Shown: positions 34,098-44,548 of the stretch, piece after piece
Layout: the number at the start of each line of letters is the position of its first letter
Numbering within the stretch: position 1 is the first letter of the stretch
From: Escherichia coli
Lineage (GTDB): Bacteria; Pseudomonadota; Gammaproteobacteria; Enterobacterales; Enterobacteriaceae
DNA length: 64,000 nucleotides
NCBI RefSeq assembly: GCF_050320075.1
Contig: NZ_CP190018.1
Direction: 5' to 3' (one strand)
Translations under genes and position numbers: made by a program
Notes under the pieces: generated by a model
The model's database searches: none
Seen by the model: the letters and a program-made list of their open reading frames with translations, nothing else
Told to the model about the DNA's origin: nothing

Positions 34098-35399
34098 ATG
34101 AGTCAGGGTATCAATAACGATATGACTGCCAGTAAACCGCGCCATATCGTCAAAAATCTGCGTTGGTGGATACTGGTCCTTTTTTTGCTCGGTGTTACTG
34201 TCAACTACATCACGCGTAACTCGCTGGGTATTCTCGCCCCCGAACTGAAAAGCAACCTGGGGATTACCACCGAACAATATTCCTGGATTGTAGGTGCTTT
34301 CCAGCTCGCCTATACCCTATTCCAACCGTTGTGTGGATGGCTGATTGACGTCATTGGCCTCAAACTGGGCTTTATGATCTGCGCGGGACTGTGGGCGCTG
34401 GCCTGTCTGATGCATGCGGGGGCGGGAAACTGGGTACATCTGGCGCTGTTGCGCTTCTTTATGGGCGGTGCGGAAGCCGCGGCAACCCCAGCAAACGCCA
34501 AAACCATCGGTGAATGGTTTCCAAAATCAGAACGCCCGATCGCCGCAGGCTGGGCAGGCGTCGGTTTTTCCATCGGTGCCATGCTGGCCCCACCGATTAT
34601 CTATTTTGCCCACGCTTCATTCGGCTGGCAGGGTGCATTTATGTTCACTGGCATCCTGGCGATGCTGTGGGTGGTGCTGTGGTGGGCGTTCTATCACAAC
34701 CCGGATAAGCATCCGAACCTCAGCAAAGCCGAGCTGGACTTTATCCGCCAGGATAACGAAGCGCCCCCGATTAAATTACCCTTTCTGACCGCACTGAAAA
34801 CCGTGGGCAAAAATAAACGCTTTTACGGTATCGCTATCCCGGCCTTTATGGCAGAACCGGCGTGGGCGGTGATGAGTTTCTGGGTGCCGCTATACCTGTC
34901 CAAAACCTATGGCATGGACCTGAAGCAGATCGCATTATTCGCCTGGTTGCCGTTCCTCGCCGCTGATCTTGGCAGTATTGCCAGCGGCTATCTGACCAAA
35001 CTTTACACCCGCCTGTTTGGGCTGAGTCGTGTGAACTCCGTTGTCGCATCATCGGTCAGTGGCGCATTCTTGATGGTTTCGCTGGCGGTGATGGCCTTTA
35101 CCAATAACCCGTATATCGCCATCGTCCTTATTTCCATCGGCGGCTTCGGTCACCAGATCATCTCCTGCATGCTGAGCGCACTGGTGGTGGAATCCTTCGA
35201 CAAAGGTCAGATGGCCACTGTTAACGGCATGCGCGGTTCTGCCGCGTGGATCGCAAGTTTCCTGTTCTCCCTGATTATCGGGGTTACCGCTGACAAAATC
35301 GGCTTTAACCCCCTGTTTATCGCCATGGGCTTCTTTGACCTGATTGGCGCTTTCTTCCTGGTCACCTTTATTGCTGAACGTCGCGCAAAACGCGCCTGA
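34098..35399 (+). CDS. MFS transporter, anion:cation symporter family (ExuT/DgoT-like)
   Basis: ORF 34092..35399; ATG 34098 preceded by GTGGAG SD; 12-TM MFS; strong similarity pattern to recalled ExuT (e.g. TRN, FQPLCGWLIDVIG, GGAEAA, EWFP, FAWLPFLAADLG). Confidence 0.8.
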   Translation: MSQGINNDMTASKPRHIVKNLRWWILVLFLLGVTVNYITRNSLGILAPELKSNLGITTEQYSWIVGAFQLAYTLFQPLCGWLIDVIGLKLGFMICAGLWALACLMHAGAGNWVHLALLRFFMGGAEAAATPANAKTIGEWFPKSERPIAAGWAGVGFSIGAMLAPPIIYFAHASFGWQGAFMFTGILAMLWVVLWWAFYHNPDKHPNLSKAELDFIRQDNEAPPIKLPFLTALKTVGKNKRFYGIAIPAFMAEPAWAVMSFWVPLYLSKTYGMDLKQIALFAWLPFLAADLGSIASGYLTKLYTRLFGLSRVNSVVASSVSGAFLMVSLAVMAFTNNPYIAIVLISIGGFGHQIISCMLSALVVESFDKGQMATVNGMRGSAAWIASFLFSLIIGVTADKIGFNPLFIAMGFFDLIGAFFLVTFIAERRAKRA

Positions 35400-35413
35400 G
35401 AGTGGATGTAAAC

Positions 35414-37777
35414 ATGAAAACGCTGAAAAACTGGACCCTGCACAAACAGTCTGCCCACCACGTTGAACTGCTGGTCGATGGCCAGCATATCCTGTGCCTG
35501 TACGTGCTGGAAGAAAATCTGTTCCGCGTGCTGTTAAAACGCAAAGGCGAGCTGGCGCTGGATCGCACCTGGAGCATTGCTCCGGCGCAGGATGTGCCAT
35601 GGGAAGGGCGCAGCCGCGAAGATCTCAGCGGCTTTAGCCTGCCCGCGTGGACATTGATCCAGCACGACGACACCGTGGTTATCGCCACCGAGTCACTGCG
35701 TGCCACCGTTCACCAGCCGCTGTGGCTGGAGTGGCACTATCGTAACAACGAAGGCGAATGGCTGCCGTTGGTGAATGACCGCCCGACCAGCGCTTATCTG
35801 CTGAATGCCCACGGCGATGGCGTGGCACACTATCAGAGCCGTCGTAAAGATGAACGCTTTTATGGCCTCGGAGATAAAGCCGGCGACCTGCAACGCAACG
35901 GTAAACGTTACGAGATGCGTAACCTCGACGCGATGGGCTACAACGCCGTTAGTACTGACCCGCTGTACAAACACATTCCATTCACCATCACCCGCCGCGA
36001 TGACATTAGCTTCGGCCTGTTTTATGACAACCTCAGCAGCTGCTGGCTGGATCTGGGCAACGAGATCGACAACTACCACACCGCCTATCGCCGCTGGCAG
36101 GCGGAAGCGGGTGATATCGACTACTACCTGTTTACCGGCGAACGCGTACTTGATATCACCAAAGCCTTCGTACGCCTGACCGGCAAAACCCTGTTCGGAC
36201 CGAAATGGAGCCTGGGCTACAGCGGTTCAACTATGCACTACACCGATGCGCCGGACGCACAAAATCAGTTGATGAACTTTATCCGCCTGTGTGAAGAACA
36301 TGCGATTCCCTGCGATTCGTTCCAGCTCTCTTCCGGTTATACCTCAATTAACGGCAAGCGCTATGTGTTCAACTGGAATTACGACAAAGTGCCGCAGCCG
36401 AAAGTGATGAGCCAGGCATTTCACAATGCTGGTTTGCACCTGGCCGCCAATATCAAGCCGTGCCTGTTGCAGGATCACCCACGCTATAACGAAGTGGCAG
36501 AAAGAGGACTGTTCATCCGTGATTCAGAAACAGATGAACCAGAACGTTCCAGCTTCTGGGATGACGAAGGTTCTAACCTCGACTTTACTAATCCGCAGAC
36601 CATCCAGTGGTGGCAGGAAGGCGTGACCACACAGCTTCTGGAGATGGGTATCGACTCCACCTGGAACGACAACAACGAATTCGAAGTATGGGACGGTGAA
36701 GCACGCTGTCACGGCTTTGGTCAGACGATCGCGATCAAACATATTCGCCCGGTGATGCCACTGCTGATGATGCGAGCCTCGATGGAAGCCCAGCAACGTT
36801 TCGCTCCGGAAAAACGTCCGTACTTGATCTCCCGCTCCGGCTGCGCGGGAATGCAGCGCTATGTGCAGACCTGGAGCGGCGATAACCGCACTAGCTGGGA
36901 CACTCTGCGCTACAACACCCGCATGGGTCTGGGGATGAGCCTCTCCGGGCTGTATAACCTCGGTCACGACGTCGGCGGTTTCTCCGGTGATAAGCCGGAC
37001 CCGGAACTGTTTGTACGCTGGGTACAAAACGGCGTGATGCATCCGCGCTTTACGATTCACTCGTGGAACGATGACCATACCGTAAACGAACCGTGGATGT
37101 ATCCGGGCGTCACTCCGGCGATCCGCAGCGCTATTGAGTTGCGCTATCGCCTGCTGCCCTACTTTTATACCCTGATGTGGCAGGCATACGCCGATGATGA
37201 ACCAATGCTGCGTCCGACTTTCCTTGACCACGAGCACGACGTTCAGACTTTTGAAGAGTGTGATGACTTCCTGCTTGGTCGCGATATTTTGGTTGCCAGC
37301 GTCGTAGAGCAAGGCGAGCGCCAGCGCCGTGTATGGCTGCCAGATAACGAAACTGGCTGGTACGATTTCTACAACGGCGAATGGTTCAGTGGCGGTCAGT
37401 GGATCACCCTCGACGCACCGCTGGAGAAACTGCCGCTGATGGTGCGTGCCGGGGCTGGTCTACCGCTCAGCAAACGCATCACCTATGTGAGCGCAGAACA
37501 AGACGATACCCGCGAACTGAAACTGTTCCCGCTGAAAGGTGTGGGCACAACGTCCGGCCTGCTGTTTGAAGACGATGGCGAAAGCTGGGGCTACCAAACT
37601 GGTAATGCGCTTTGGGTGGAATGGGAAATGGTTTGCGATGGGGCGACCATCAACCTGAAAGTCAACGCGCGCGGGGATTATCGACCTGCATGGAGTGCAC
37701 TGAAAGTGTCATTACCAGTGGAAGAAAAACGCACGCTGCTGGTCAATGGTGTTGAAGGGAGTGAATGGATGCGTTAA
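35414..37777 (+). CDS. Glycoside hydrolase family 31 enzyme (alpha-glucosidase-like), specificity unknown
   Basis: ORF 35402..37777; ATG 35414; GH31 signature regions WNDNNEF (nucleophile region, cf. WIDMNE), QTWSGDNRTSW (acid/base region), GHDVGGF. Confidence 0.8.
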   Translation: MKTLKNWTLHKQSAHHVELLVDGQHILCLYVLEENLFRVLLKRKGELALDRTWSIAPAQDVPWEGRSREDLSGFSLPAWTLIQHDDTVVIATESLRATVHQPLWLEWHYRNNEGEWLPLVNDRPTSAYLLNAHGDGVAHYQSRRKDERFYGLGDKAGDLQRNGKRYEMRNLDAMGYNAVSTDPLYKHIPFTITRRDDISFGLFYDNLSSCWLDLGNEIDNYHTAYRRWQAEAGDIDYYLFTGERVLDITKAFVRLTGKTLFGPKWSLGYSGSTMHYTDAPDAQNQLMNFIRLCEEHAIPCDSFQLSSGYTSINGKRYVFNWNYDKVPQPKVMSQAFHNAGLHLAANIKPCLLQDHPRYNEVAERGLFIRDSETDEPERSSFWDDEGSNLDFTNPQTIQWWQEGVTTQLLEMGIDSTWNDNNEFEVWDGEARCHGFGQTIAIKHIRPVMPLLMMRASMEAQQRFAPEKRPYLISRSGCAGMQRYVQTWSGDNRTSWDTLRYNTRMGLGMSLSGLYNLGHDVGGFSGDKPDPELFVRWVQNGVMHPRFTIHSWNDDHTVNEPWMYPGVTPAIRSAIELRYRLLPYFYTLMWQAYADDEPMLRPTFLDHEHDVQTFEECDDFLLGRDILVASVVEQGERQRRVWLPDNETGWYDFYNGEWFSGGQWITLDAPLEKLPLMVRAGAGLPLSKRITYVSAEQDDTRELKLFPLKGVGTTSGLLFEDDGESWGYQTGNALWVEWEMVCDGATINLKVNARGDYRPAWSALKVSLPVEEKRTLLVNGVEGSEWMR

Positions 37778-37784
37778 ATCATTA

Positions 37785-37819
37785 CCGGGGCCGGGAGGCG
37801 ACTGCGCCTTACCCGGTCC
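37785..37819. repeat. REP-like element at the island/ybiT boundary
   Basis: GCCGGGAGGCGACTGCGCCTTACCCGGTCC resembles the REP consensus GCCGGATGCGGCGTGAACGCCTTATCCGGCC. Confidence 0.35.
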
Positions 37820-37956
37820 AGCCATCGAATCCTTTACCTCAGTATTTCACGCTGCAGGAAGGCAGCAAACCTGTAAACCCCGGGAGCTTAAATAAGTAAG
37901 TGACCGGGGTGAACAGGTGAAGCCAATGCATCTGCCGCATGAAAGACGGCGGGAAA

Positions 37957-39552
37957 TTAACCGTCGATCCCTTTACTACGCAGGTAATCTTCGTAATTAC
38001 CGCTAAAGTCGATCACGCGTTCCGGGGTGATTTCCAGAATTCGGGTCGCCAGGGAGCTTACAAACTCACGGTCGTGAGACACAAAGATCAGCGTGCCCTG
38101 ATACAGTTCCAGCGCCATGTTCAGCGACTCAATAGATTCCATATCCAGGTGGTTGGTCGGTTCGTCCATGATCAGAATGTTCGGCTTCTGCATCATTAAC
38201 TTACCAAACAGCATCCGCCCTTTTTCTCCACCGGAAAGCACTTTCGCTGGCTTTTTGATGTCGTCCTGGCTGAACAGCAAACGACCGAGAATGCTGCGTA
38301 CCGCCTGCTCATCATCGCCTTCCTGCTTCCACTGGCTCATCCATTCGAACACGGTCAGATCATTTTCAAACTCATATTCGTGGTCCTGGGCGTAGTAACC
38401 AATGCGTGCGTTTTCAGACCATTTTACGGTGCCGCTGTCCGGTTGCAGATCGCCCACCAGCGTTTTCAGCAGCGTTGATTTACCGACGCCGTTGGTACCC
38501 AGTACAGCCAGTTTTTCACCCACTTCCAGCAGCAGGTTGAGATTTTTAAACAGTGGACCGTTATCAAACCCTTTGGTCAGACCTTCCACTTCCAGCGCGT
38601 TACGGAACAGTTTCTTATCCTGTTCAAAACGGATGAACGGGTTCTGACGGCTGGAGGCTTTCACCTCTTCCAGTTTGATTTTATCAATCTGGCGCGCGCG
38701 CGAAGTTGCCTGGCGAGATTTCGAGGCGTTGGCGCTAAAGCGGCTAACGAAAGATTGCAGCTCAGCAATCTGCGCTTTCTTCTTGGCGTTATCAGCCAGC
38801 AGACGCTCACGCGCCTGGGTCGCCGCCGTCATGTACTCATCGTAGTTACCTGGATAAACGCGCAGCTCGCCGTAATCCAGATCCGCCATGTGGGTACAAA
38901 CCATGTTAAGGAAGTGACGGTCGTGCGAGATGATGATCATGGTGCTGTCACGCTCGTTCAGCACCTGTTCCAGCCAACGAATGGTGTCGATGTCGAGGTT
39001 GTTGGTCGGTTCGTCGAGCAGGAGAATGTCTGGATCAGCAAACAGCGCCTGCGCCAGCAGCACACGCAGCTTCCAGCCAGGAGCAACTTCACTCATCGGG
39101 CCGTAGTGCTGTTCCACTGGAATTCCCACGCCAAGCAACAGTTCACCGGCGCGAGCTTCCGCAGAGTAACCGTCCATTTCGCCGTATTTCACTTCCAGAT
39201 CGGCCACTTTATAGCCGTCTTCTTCACTCATTTCCGGCAAAGCATAGATGCGGTCACGCTCCTGTTTCACTTCCCACAACTCTTTATGCCCCATGATCAC
39301 CGTATCCAACACAGTGAACTCTTCAAAGGCAAACTGATCCTGACGCAGCTTACCAATGCGCTCGTTGGGATCGAGGGAAACGTTACCCAACGTCGGCTCT
39401 AAGTCGCCGCCGAGGATCTTCATAAAGGTGGATTTACCACTACCGTTCGCGCCAATCAGGCCGTAACGGTTGCCGCCGCCAAATTTGACGGAAATGTTTT
39501 CAAACAACGGCTTACTGCCGAACTGCATGGTGACGTTACTGGAAACTAACAC
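37957..39552 (-). CDS. ybiT: ABC-F family ATPase YbiT
   Basis: 531-codon ORF with two ABC domains ([18 protein letters not shown]); start codon GTG as given by the ORF track, exact start uncertain. Confidence 0.85.
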   Translation of the reverse strand: MLVSSNVTMQFGSKPLFENISVKFGGGNRYGLIGANGSGKSTFMKILGGDLEPTLGNVSLDPNERIGKLRQDQFAFEEFTVLDTVIMGHKELWEVKQERDRIYALPEMSEEDGYKVADLEVKYGEMDGYSAEARAGELLLGVGIPVEQHYGPMSEVAPGWKLRVLLAQALFADPDILLLDEPTNNLDIDTIRWLEQVLNERDSTMIIISHDRHFLNMVCTHMADLDYGELRVYPGNYDEYMTAATQARERLLADNAKKKAQIAELQSFVSRFSANASKSRQATSRARQIDKIKLEEVKASSRQNPFIRFEQDKKLFRNALEVEGLTKGFDNGPLFKNLNLLLEVGEKLAVLGTNGVGKSTLLKTLVGDLQPDSGTVKWSENARIGYYAQDHEYEFENDLTVFEWMSQWKQEGDDEQAVRSILGRLLFSQDDIKKPAKVLSGGEKGRMLFGKLMMQKPNILIMDEPTNHLDMESIESLNMALELYQGTLIFVSHDREFVSSLATRILEITPERVIDFSGNYEDYLRSKGIDG

Positions 39553-39770
39553 AGGCGTATCCTGAAAAGAGATATGACAAACCGCGCATTATGCCATAAG
39601 TCTGAAAGAAGATCCTGCTCCTCGCTTAAGGTCTACACTCAAGCCAAAGGCAAAAAATGTGATTTCGTACACATCTGATTTCACTGTGAGCAGGAATGAA
39701 CTTATAATGCGCTTCCAATACTCTAATATTCTCAACCCAATGGCCTGCCAGGCACAAAATCTCGCTTAAC

Positions 39771-40691
39771 ATGAATATGAAATTGAAAACATTATTCGCA
39801 GCGGCCTTCGCTGTTGTCGGCTTTTGCAGTACCGCCTCTGCGGTAACTTATCCTCTGCCAACCGACGGGAGTCGCCTGGTTGGTCAGAATCAGGTGATCA
39901 CCATTCCTGAAGGTAACACTCAGCCGCTGGAGTATTTTGCCGCCGAGTACCAGATGGGGCTTTCCAATATGATGGAAGCGAACCCGGGTGTGGATACCTT
40001 CCTGCCGAAAGGCGGTACTGTACTGAACATTCCGCAGCAGCTGATCCTGCCGGATACCGTTCATGAAGGCATCGTCATTAACAGTGCAGAGATGCGTCTG
40101 TATTACTATCCGAAAGGAACCAACACCGTTATCGTGCTGCCGATCGGCATTGGTCAGTTAGGCAAAGACACGCCTATCAACTGGACCACCAAAGTTGAGC
40201 GTAAGAAAGCAGGCCCGACCTGGACGCCAACCGCTAAAATGCACGCAGAGTACCGCGCTGCGGGCGAACCGCTTCCGGCTGTCGTTCCGGCAGGTCCGGA
40301 TAACCCGATGGGTCTGTATGCACTCTACATCGGTCGCCTGTACGCTATCCATGGCACCAACGCCAACTTCGGTATCGGCCTGCGCGTAAGTCATGGTTGT
40401 GTGCGCCTGCGTAACGAAGACATCAAATTCCTGTTCGAGAAAGTGCCGGTCGGTACTCGCGTACAGTTTATTGATGAGCCGGTAAAAGCGACCACCGAGC
40501 CAGACGGCAGCCGTTATATTGAAGTCCATAATCCGCTGTCTACCACCGAAGCCCAGTTTGAAGGTCAGGAAATTGTGCCAATTACCCTGACGAAGAGTGT
40601 GCAGACAGTGACCGGTCAGCCTGATGTTGACCAGGTTGTTCTGGATGAAGCGATCAAAAATCGTTCCGGGATGCCGGTTCGTCTGAATTAA
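39771..40691 (+). CDS. ldtB: L,D-transpeptidase LdtB (YbiS)
   Basis: 306-aa ORF with signal peptide and YkuD catalytic motif SHGCVRL. Confidence 0.9.
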
Positions 40692-40710
40692 TCGTCAAAA
40701 CGTAAAACAG

Positions 40711-40737
40711 AGGCGGACTCATCATCCGCCTTTTTTA
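40711..40737. terminator. Bidirectional intrinsic terminator between ldtB and ybiR
   Basis: AGGCGGA-CTCATCA-TCCGCCT followed by TTTTTT. Confidence 0.75.
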
Positions 40738-40748
40738 TTTGCCAGATC

Positions 40749-41867
40749 CTACCAGGCCGGGAGCATAACGAATAAAACGTATCCCACCAGCGCCGCCCAC
40801 AACAGCATCGGTATTGAATAGAGATGGAAACGCCACCAGATACGGCGATCGTTCGCCATCCGTAACGCAATCAAATTTGCCAGCGATCCGGGTAATAAAC
40901 CAAAGCCCCCCACGTTTACCGCCCATGCCAGTAATAAAGACGGCGGTACATAATTGAGCAGCAAAATGGTACTCGGCACGTTACTGATCACCTGCGATAA
41001 ACCGATTGCCGTTAACCATAACCCGGGTTCAGATAAATGACTCACGTTACCCAACACACCTTGCAACGCTGGAAGCTGGGTCAGTAAATGGACGTCGATA
41101 AACATCGCCATAAACACCAGCAGCAGCGTCCAGTCCACACTGAGCACCACGCGACGTGCCAGCAGCGCAAAGCCCGCCGCCACAATCACCAGTCCCCACA
41201 GCTCTTGTTTTAACTCCAGCGCCGTCAGAAAGACGATATACAGCCCCAGACAACTCCACACCAGCCGCGGTTTCCACTCCGGAGTTTGCACCCCCGTATG
41301 GTATTGCAGTGCCTTTCCAGGGAAACAACACCAGCACAGGAGCAGGAGCGTCAGCATCATTGCGCCAGCCAGTGGTGCCATTTGGGCAATAAATCCGGCA
41401 AACGAAAGACCAGAACGTCCCCAGATAAGAATATTTTGCGGGTTGCCAATTGGCGTCAGTAGCGAACCAGCGTTGACTGCCAGCGCTTCAAAAATAATCA
41501 GCCGATTAACCGGGATCTCACACAGTCTTTTTAGCGTGATAGTCAGCGGAACAACAATAAACAGCGCGACATCGTTGGTCAGAAAGGTAGAAAGCAGCGC
41601 CGCCGCCAGCACCATAAACATCGCCAGCCGACGCTCCGTAGCAAAGCGGCGCACCATTTTGCGCCCCAGCACATCAAAATAACCGCTTAACTCCACACCT
41701 TTGGTCAGCAGCATCAGGCCGCTTAAGGTGATGATGGTGTGCCAGTCGATAGCAGCAGGCCAGGATTTCGGTGCAAAAGGCACGAAAAAGCTTAATCCGA
41801 TACCAACAAGAATTAATAACTGAAAAAAACGATCGCCTTGCAGCGTGCGTAAAAAAGGCAGGCTCAT
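40749..41867 (-). CDS. ybiR: Putative anion transporter YbiR (ArsB/NhaD-type permease)
   Basis: 372-aa polytopic membrane ORF; 4-bp overlap with mntR upstream. Confidence 0.85.
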
Positions 41868-42331
41868 TTGGCACCGTGTTTCTGGGTAAACAAACGAAAA
41901 GCGTCGAGCGTCTCTTCACTAACATGGTGCTCCATGCCTTCCGCGTCGCGACGGGCGATTTCCGGACTGACGCCCAACACCAACAAGAAATTTTCGACTA
42001 TCTGATGTCGCTCGCGGCTTTCCTGCGCCAGCTTCTCTCCTTCTGCCGTTAAAAACACGCCACGCCAGGGGATCATTTCAATCAGCCCCATGGTTGCCAG
42101 TCGCTTAAGCATTTTAGCCACCGTCGGTTGCGAAACTCCCAAACGAGCAGCCATGTCTACCTGACGAGCTTCCCCCACTTCCCTGATCAAGTCAGAAATC
42201 AGCTCAACGTAATCATCAATAAGCTCGCGCCGATGCGCCTCTCTGACCTGGCGGAACCCTTCAACGTGCTCTTCCACGTTCACTAACTGCGTCACTTTTT
42301 TTGCTGTTGGCGTACCTGCGCGACGACTCAT
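41864..42331 (-). CDS. mntR: Manganese-responsive transcriptional regulator MntR (DtxR family)
   Basis: 155-aa ORF matching recalled MntR ([22 protein letters not shown]...). Confidence 0.9.
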
Positions 42332-42436
42332 TGTGCTTCCTCATTATGGTGACGCATACATAGCGTTCTCATTTCGTGCGCACATTGTAAACCAGAGTTG
42401 CGAAGGTACAAAAAATTAACGTTTTAGCAATAGCTA

Positions 42437-42458
42437 TATAATATAGCCTGTGCTATAT
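42437..42458 (+). promoter_or_regulatory. mntS promoter -10 (TATAAT) overlapping an MntR box
   Basis: ATATAGC-CTGT-GCTATAT perfect 7-bp inverted repeat (42441-42458), matching the ATAGC-N4-GCTAT MntR core; TATAAT at ~42437-42442. Confidence 0.6.
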
Positions 42459-42516
42459 CTGTATGTAATGCAATCATCCCTCAAGGATCGACGGGATTAG
42501 CAAGTCAGGAGGTCTT

Positions 42517-42645
42517 ATGAATGAGTTCAAGAGGTGTATGCGCGTGTTTAGTCATTCTCCCTTTAAAGTACGGTTAATGCTGCTCTCTATGTTGTGCGAT
42601 ATGGTCAACAACAAACCGCAGCAAGATAAACCTTCCGATAAATAG
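42517..42645 (+). CDS. mntS: Small protein MntS (42 aa), not reported by the ORF track
   Basis: AGGAGG SD then ATG 42517; translation MNEFKRCMRVFSHSPFKVRLMLLSMLCDMVNNKPQQDKPSDK matches recalled MntS; TAG at 42643-42645. Confidence 0.85.
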   Translation: MNEFKRCMRVFSHSPFKVRLMLLSMLCDMVNNKPQQDKPSDK

Positions 42646-42680
42646 CGGCGTCACGGTACGCCGCTTCACTCCTGCTTTTA
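42644..42680 (+). terminator. Candidate terminator after mntS
   Basis: AGCGGCGT-CACGGT-ACGCCGCT 8-bp stem overlapping the stop codon, followed by T-containing tract. Confidence 0.5.
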
Positions 42681-42916
42681 TGCAGGCACAACGCGTTTTG
42701 GTCTGAAAAACCCCACTTTTTGTCGGATTTGCAATCCCCTTCGCAAAAGATTTGTTCGTCAGTAGTTGACCTGAACGGCGGCGCGCTCTATCTTCCTGCA
42801 GCCCTGCGTATATTGCGGCTCGCGGATGCGGACCCCTTTCCCCTCTCCACGCACTCTTGCAGGTATTGACCCTTGACGCCAGGGTAAGCACATGGCGTTT
42901 GTTACGATAGTGGCAT

Positions 42917-44500
42917 ATGAATTTAACCCTCAAAGAATCGCTTGTTACCCGTAGCCGGGTATTTAGCCCGTGGACTGCGTTCTACTTTTTACAGTCGCTA
43001 TTAATTAACCTCGGCTTAGGTTATCCCTTCAGTTTGCTCTACACCGCTGCGTTTACGGCTATGTTGCTTTTGCTATGGCGAACATTGCCTCGCGTACAAA
43101 AAGTTCTGGTCGGTGTCAGTTCGCTGGTGGCGGCTTGTTATTTCCCTTTTGCTCAGGCCTACGGCGCGCCTAATTTCAATACATTGCTGGCATTGCACTC
43201 CACCAATATGGAAGAGTCGACCGAAATCCTGACGATTTTTCCGTGGTACAGCTACCTGGTCGGCTTATTTATTTTTGCGCTCGGCTTAATAGCAATCAGG
43301 CGAAAAAAAGAGAATGAAAAAGCGCGCTGGAATACCTTCGACAGCCTGTGTCTGGTATTCAGTGTGGCGACATTTTTTGTTGCTCCCATGCAAAACCTGG
43401 CCTGGGGCGGCGTATTTAAACTGAAAGATACCGGCTATCCGGTATTTCGTTTTGCTAAGGATGTCATCGTCAATAATAACGAGGTGATTGAAGAGCAAGA
43501 ACGGATGGCAAAACTTTCCGGAATGAAAGATACCTGGACGGTCACTGCCGTTAAGCCGAAATATCAGACCTATGTGGTGGTGATCGGTGAAAGCGCGCGT
43601 CGCGATGCCCTCGGTGCCTTTGGCGGTCACTGGGACAATACCCCGTTTGCCAGCAGTGTTAACGGTTTGATATTTGCTGACTACATTGCCGCCAGTGGCT
43701 CCACGCAGAAATCGCTTGGCTTAACGCTCAATCGCGTAGTCGATGGCAAACCACAGTTTCAGGATAACTTTGTCACCCTGGCAAATCGCGCGGGCTTCCA
43801 GACCTGGTGGTTTTCCAACCAGGGCCAAATCGGCGAATACGATACCGCCATCGCCAGCATCGCCAAACGTGCAGATGAAGTGTACTTCCTGAAAGAAGGT
43901 AATTTTGAAGCAGATAAAAACACGAAAGACGAAGCGTTACTGGATATGACCGCTCAAGTGCTGGCACAAGAGCACTCGCAACCGCAGCTGATTGTTTTAC
44001 ATCTGATGGGCTCGCATCCGCAGGCCTGCGACAGGACACAAGGCAAATACGAAACCTTTGTGCAATCGAAAGAAACGTCGTGCTATCTCTATACCATGAC
44101 GCAAACAGACGATTTACTGCGTAAGCTGTACGATCAGTTACGCAACAGCGGCAGCAGCTTCTCGCTGGTTTACTTTTCTGACCACGGTCTGGCCTTTAAA
44201 GAGCGCGGCAAAGACGTGCAATACCTTGCCCATGATGATAAATATCAGCAAAATTTCCAGGTGCCTTTTATGGTCATTTCGAGCGACGATAAAGCGCATC
44301 GGGTGATTAAAGCCCGCCGCTCTGCCAATGACTTCTTAGGCTTTTTCTCCCAGTGGACGGGAATTAAAGCGAAGGAAATTAACATCAAATACCCGTTTAT
44401 ATCTGAGAAGAAAGCCGGGCCGATATACATCACCAACTTCCAGTTACAGAAGGTGGATTACAACCATCTCGGAACCGATATTTTCGACCCGAAACCTTAA
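42917..44500 (+). CDS. opgE: Phosphoethanolamine transferase OpgE (YbiP)
   Basis: 527-aa ORF; N-terminal TM segments plus sulfatase-like domain. Confidence 0.9.
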   Translation: MNLTLKESLVTRSRVFSPWTAFYFLQSLLINLGLGYPFSLLYTAAFTAMLLLLWRTLPRVQKVLVGVSSLVAACYFPFAQAYGAPNFNTLLALHSTNMEESTEILTIFPWYSYLVGLFIFALGLIAIRRKKENEKARWNTFDSLCLVFSVATFFVAPMQNLAWGGVFKLKDTGYPVFRFAKDVIVNNNEVIEEQERMAKLSGMKDTWTVTAVKPKYQTYVVVIGESARRDALGAFGGHWDNTPFASSVNGLIFADYIAASGSTQKSLGLTLNRVVDGKPQFQDNFVTLANRAGFQTWWFSNQGQIGEYDTAIASIAKRADEVYFLKEGNFEADKNTKDEALLDMTAQVLAQEHSQPQLIVLHLMGSHPQACDRTQGKYETFVQSKETSCYLYTMTQTDDLLRKLYDQLRNSGSSFSLVYFSDHGLAFKERGKDVQYLAHDDKYQQNFQVPFMVISSDDKAHRVIKARRSANDFLGFFSQWTGIKAKEINIKYPFISEKKAGPIYITNFQLQKVDYNHLGTDIFDPKP

Positions 44501-44504
44501 AAAC

Positions 44505-44533
44505 AAAAATCCGCCCCGAGAGGCGGATTTTTT
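44505..44533. terminator. Bidirectional intrinsic terminator between opgE and ompX
   Basis: AAAAATCCGCC-CCGAGA-GGCGGATTTTT; A-tract upstream and T-tract downstream. Confidence 0.75.
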
Positions 44534-44548
44534 ATATCACCGAAGTGA

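Noticed and set aside
35693-37312. Antisense ORFs of 128 and 262 aa within the GH31 gene
   Set aside because: They are antisense to a gene with clear GH31 motifs and have no SD or recognisable domains.
42574-42933. 119-aa minus-strand ORF between mntS and opgE
   Set aside because: It overlaps the mntS 3' end and terminator and the opgE promoter/start, with no recognisable domain or SD; the region is better explained as regulatory.
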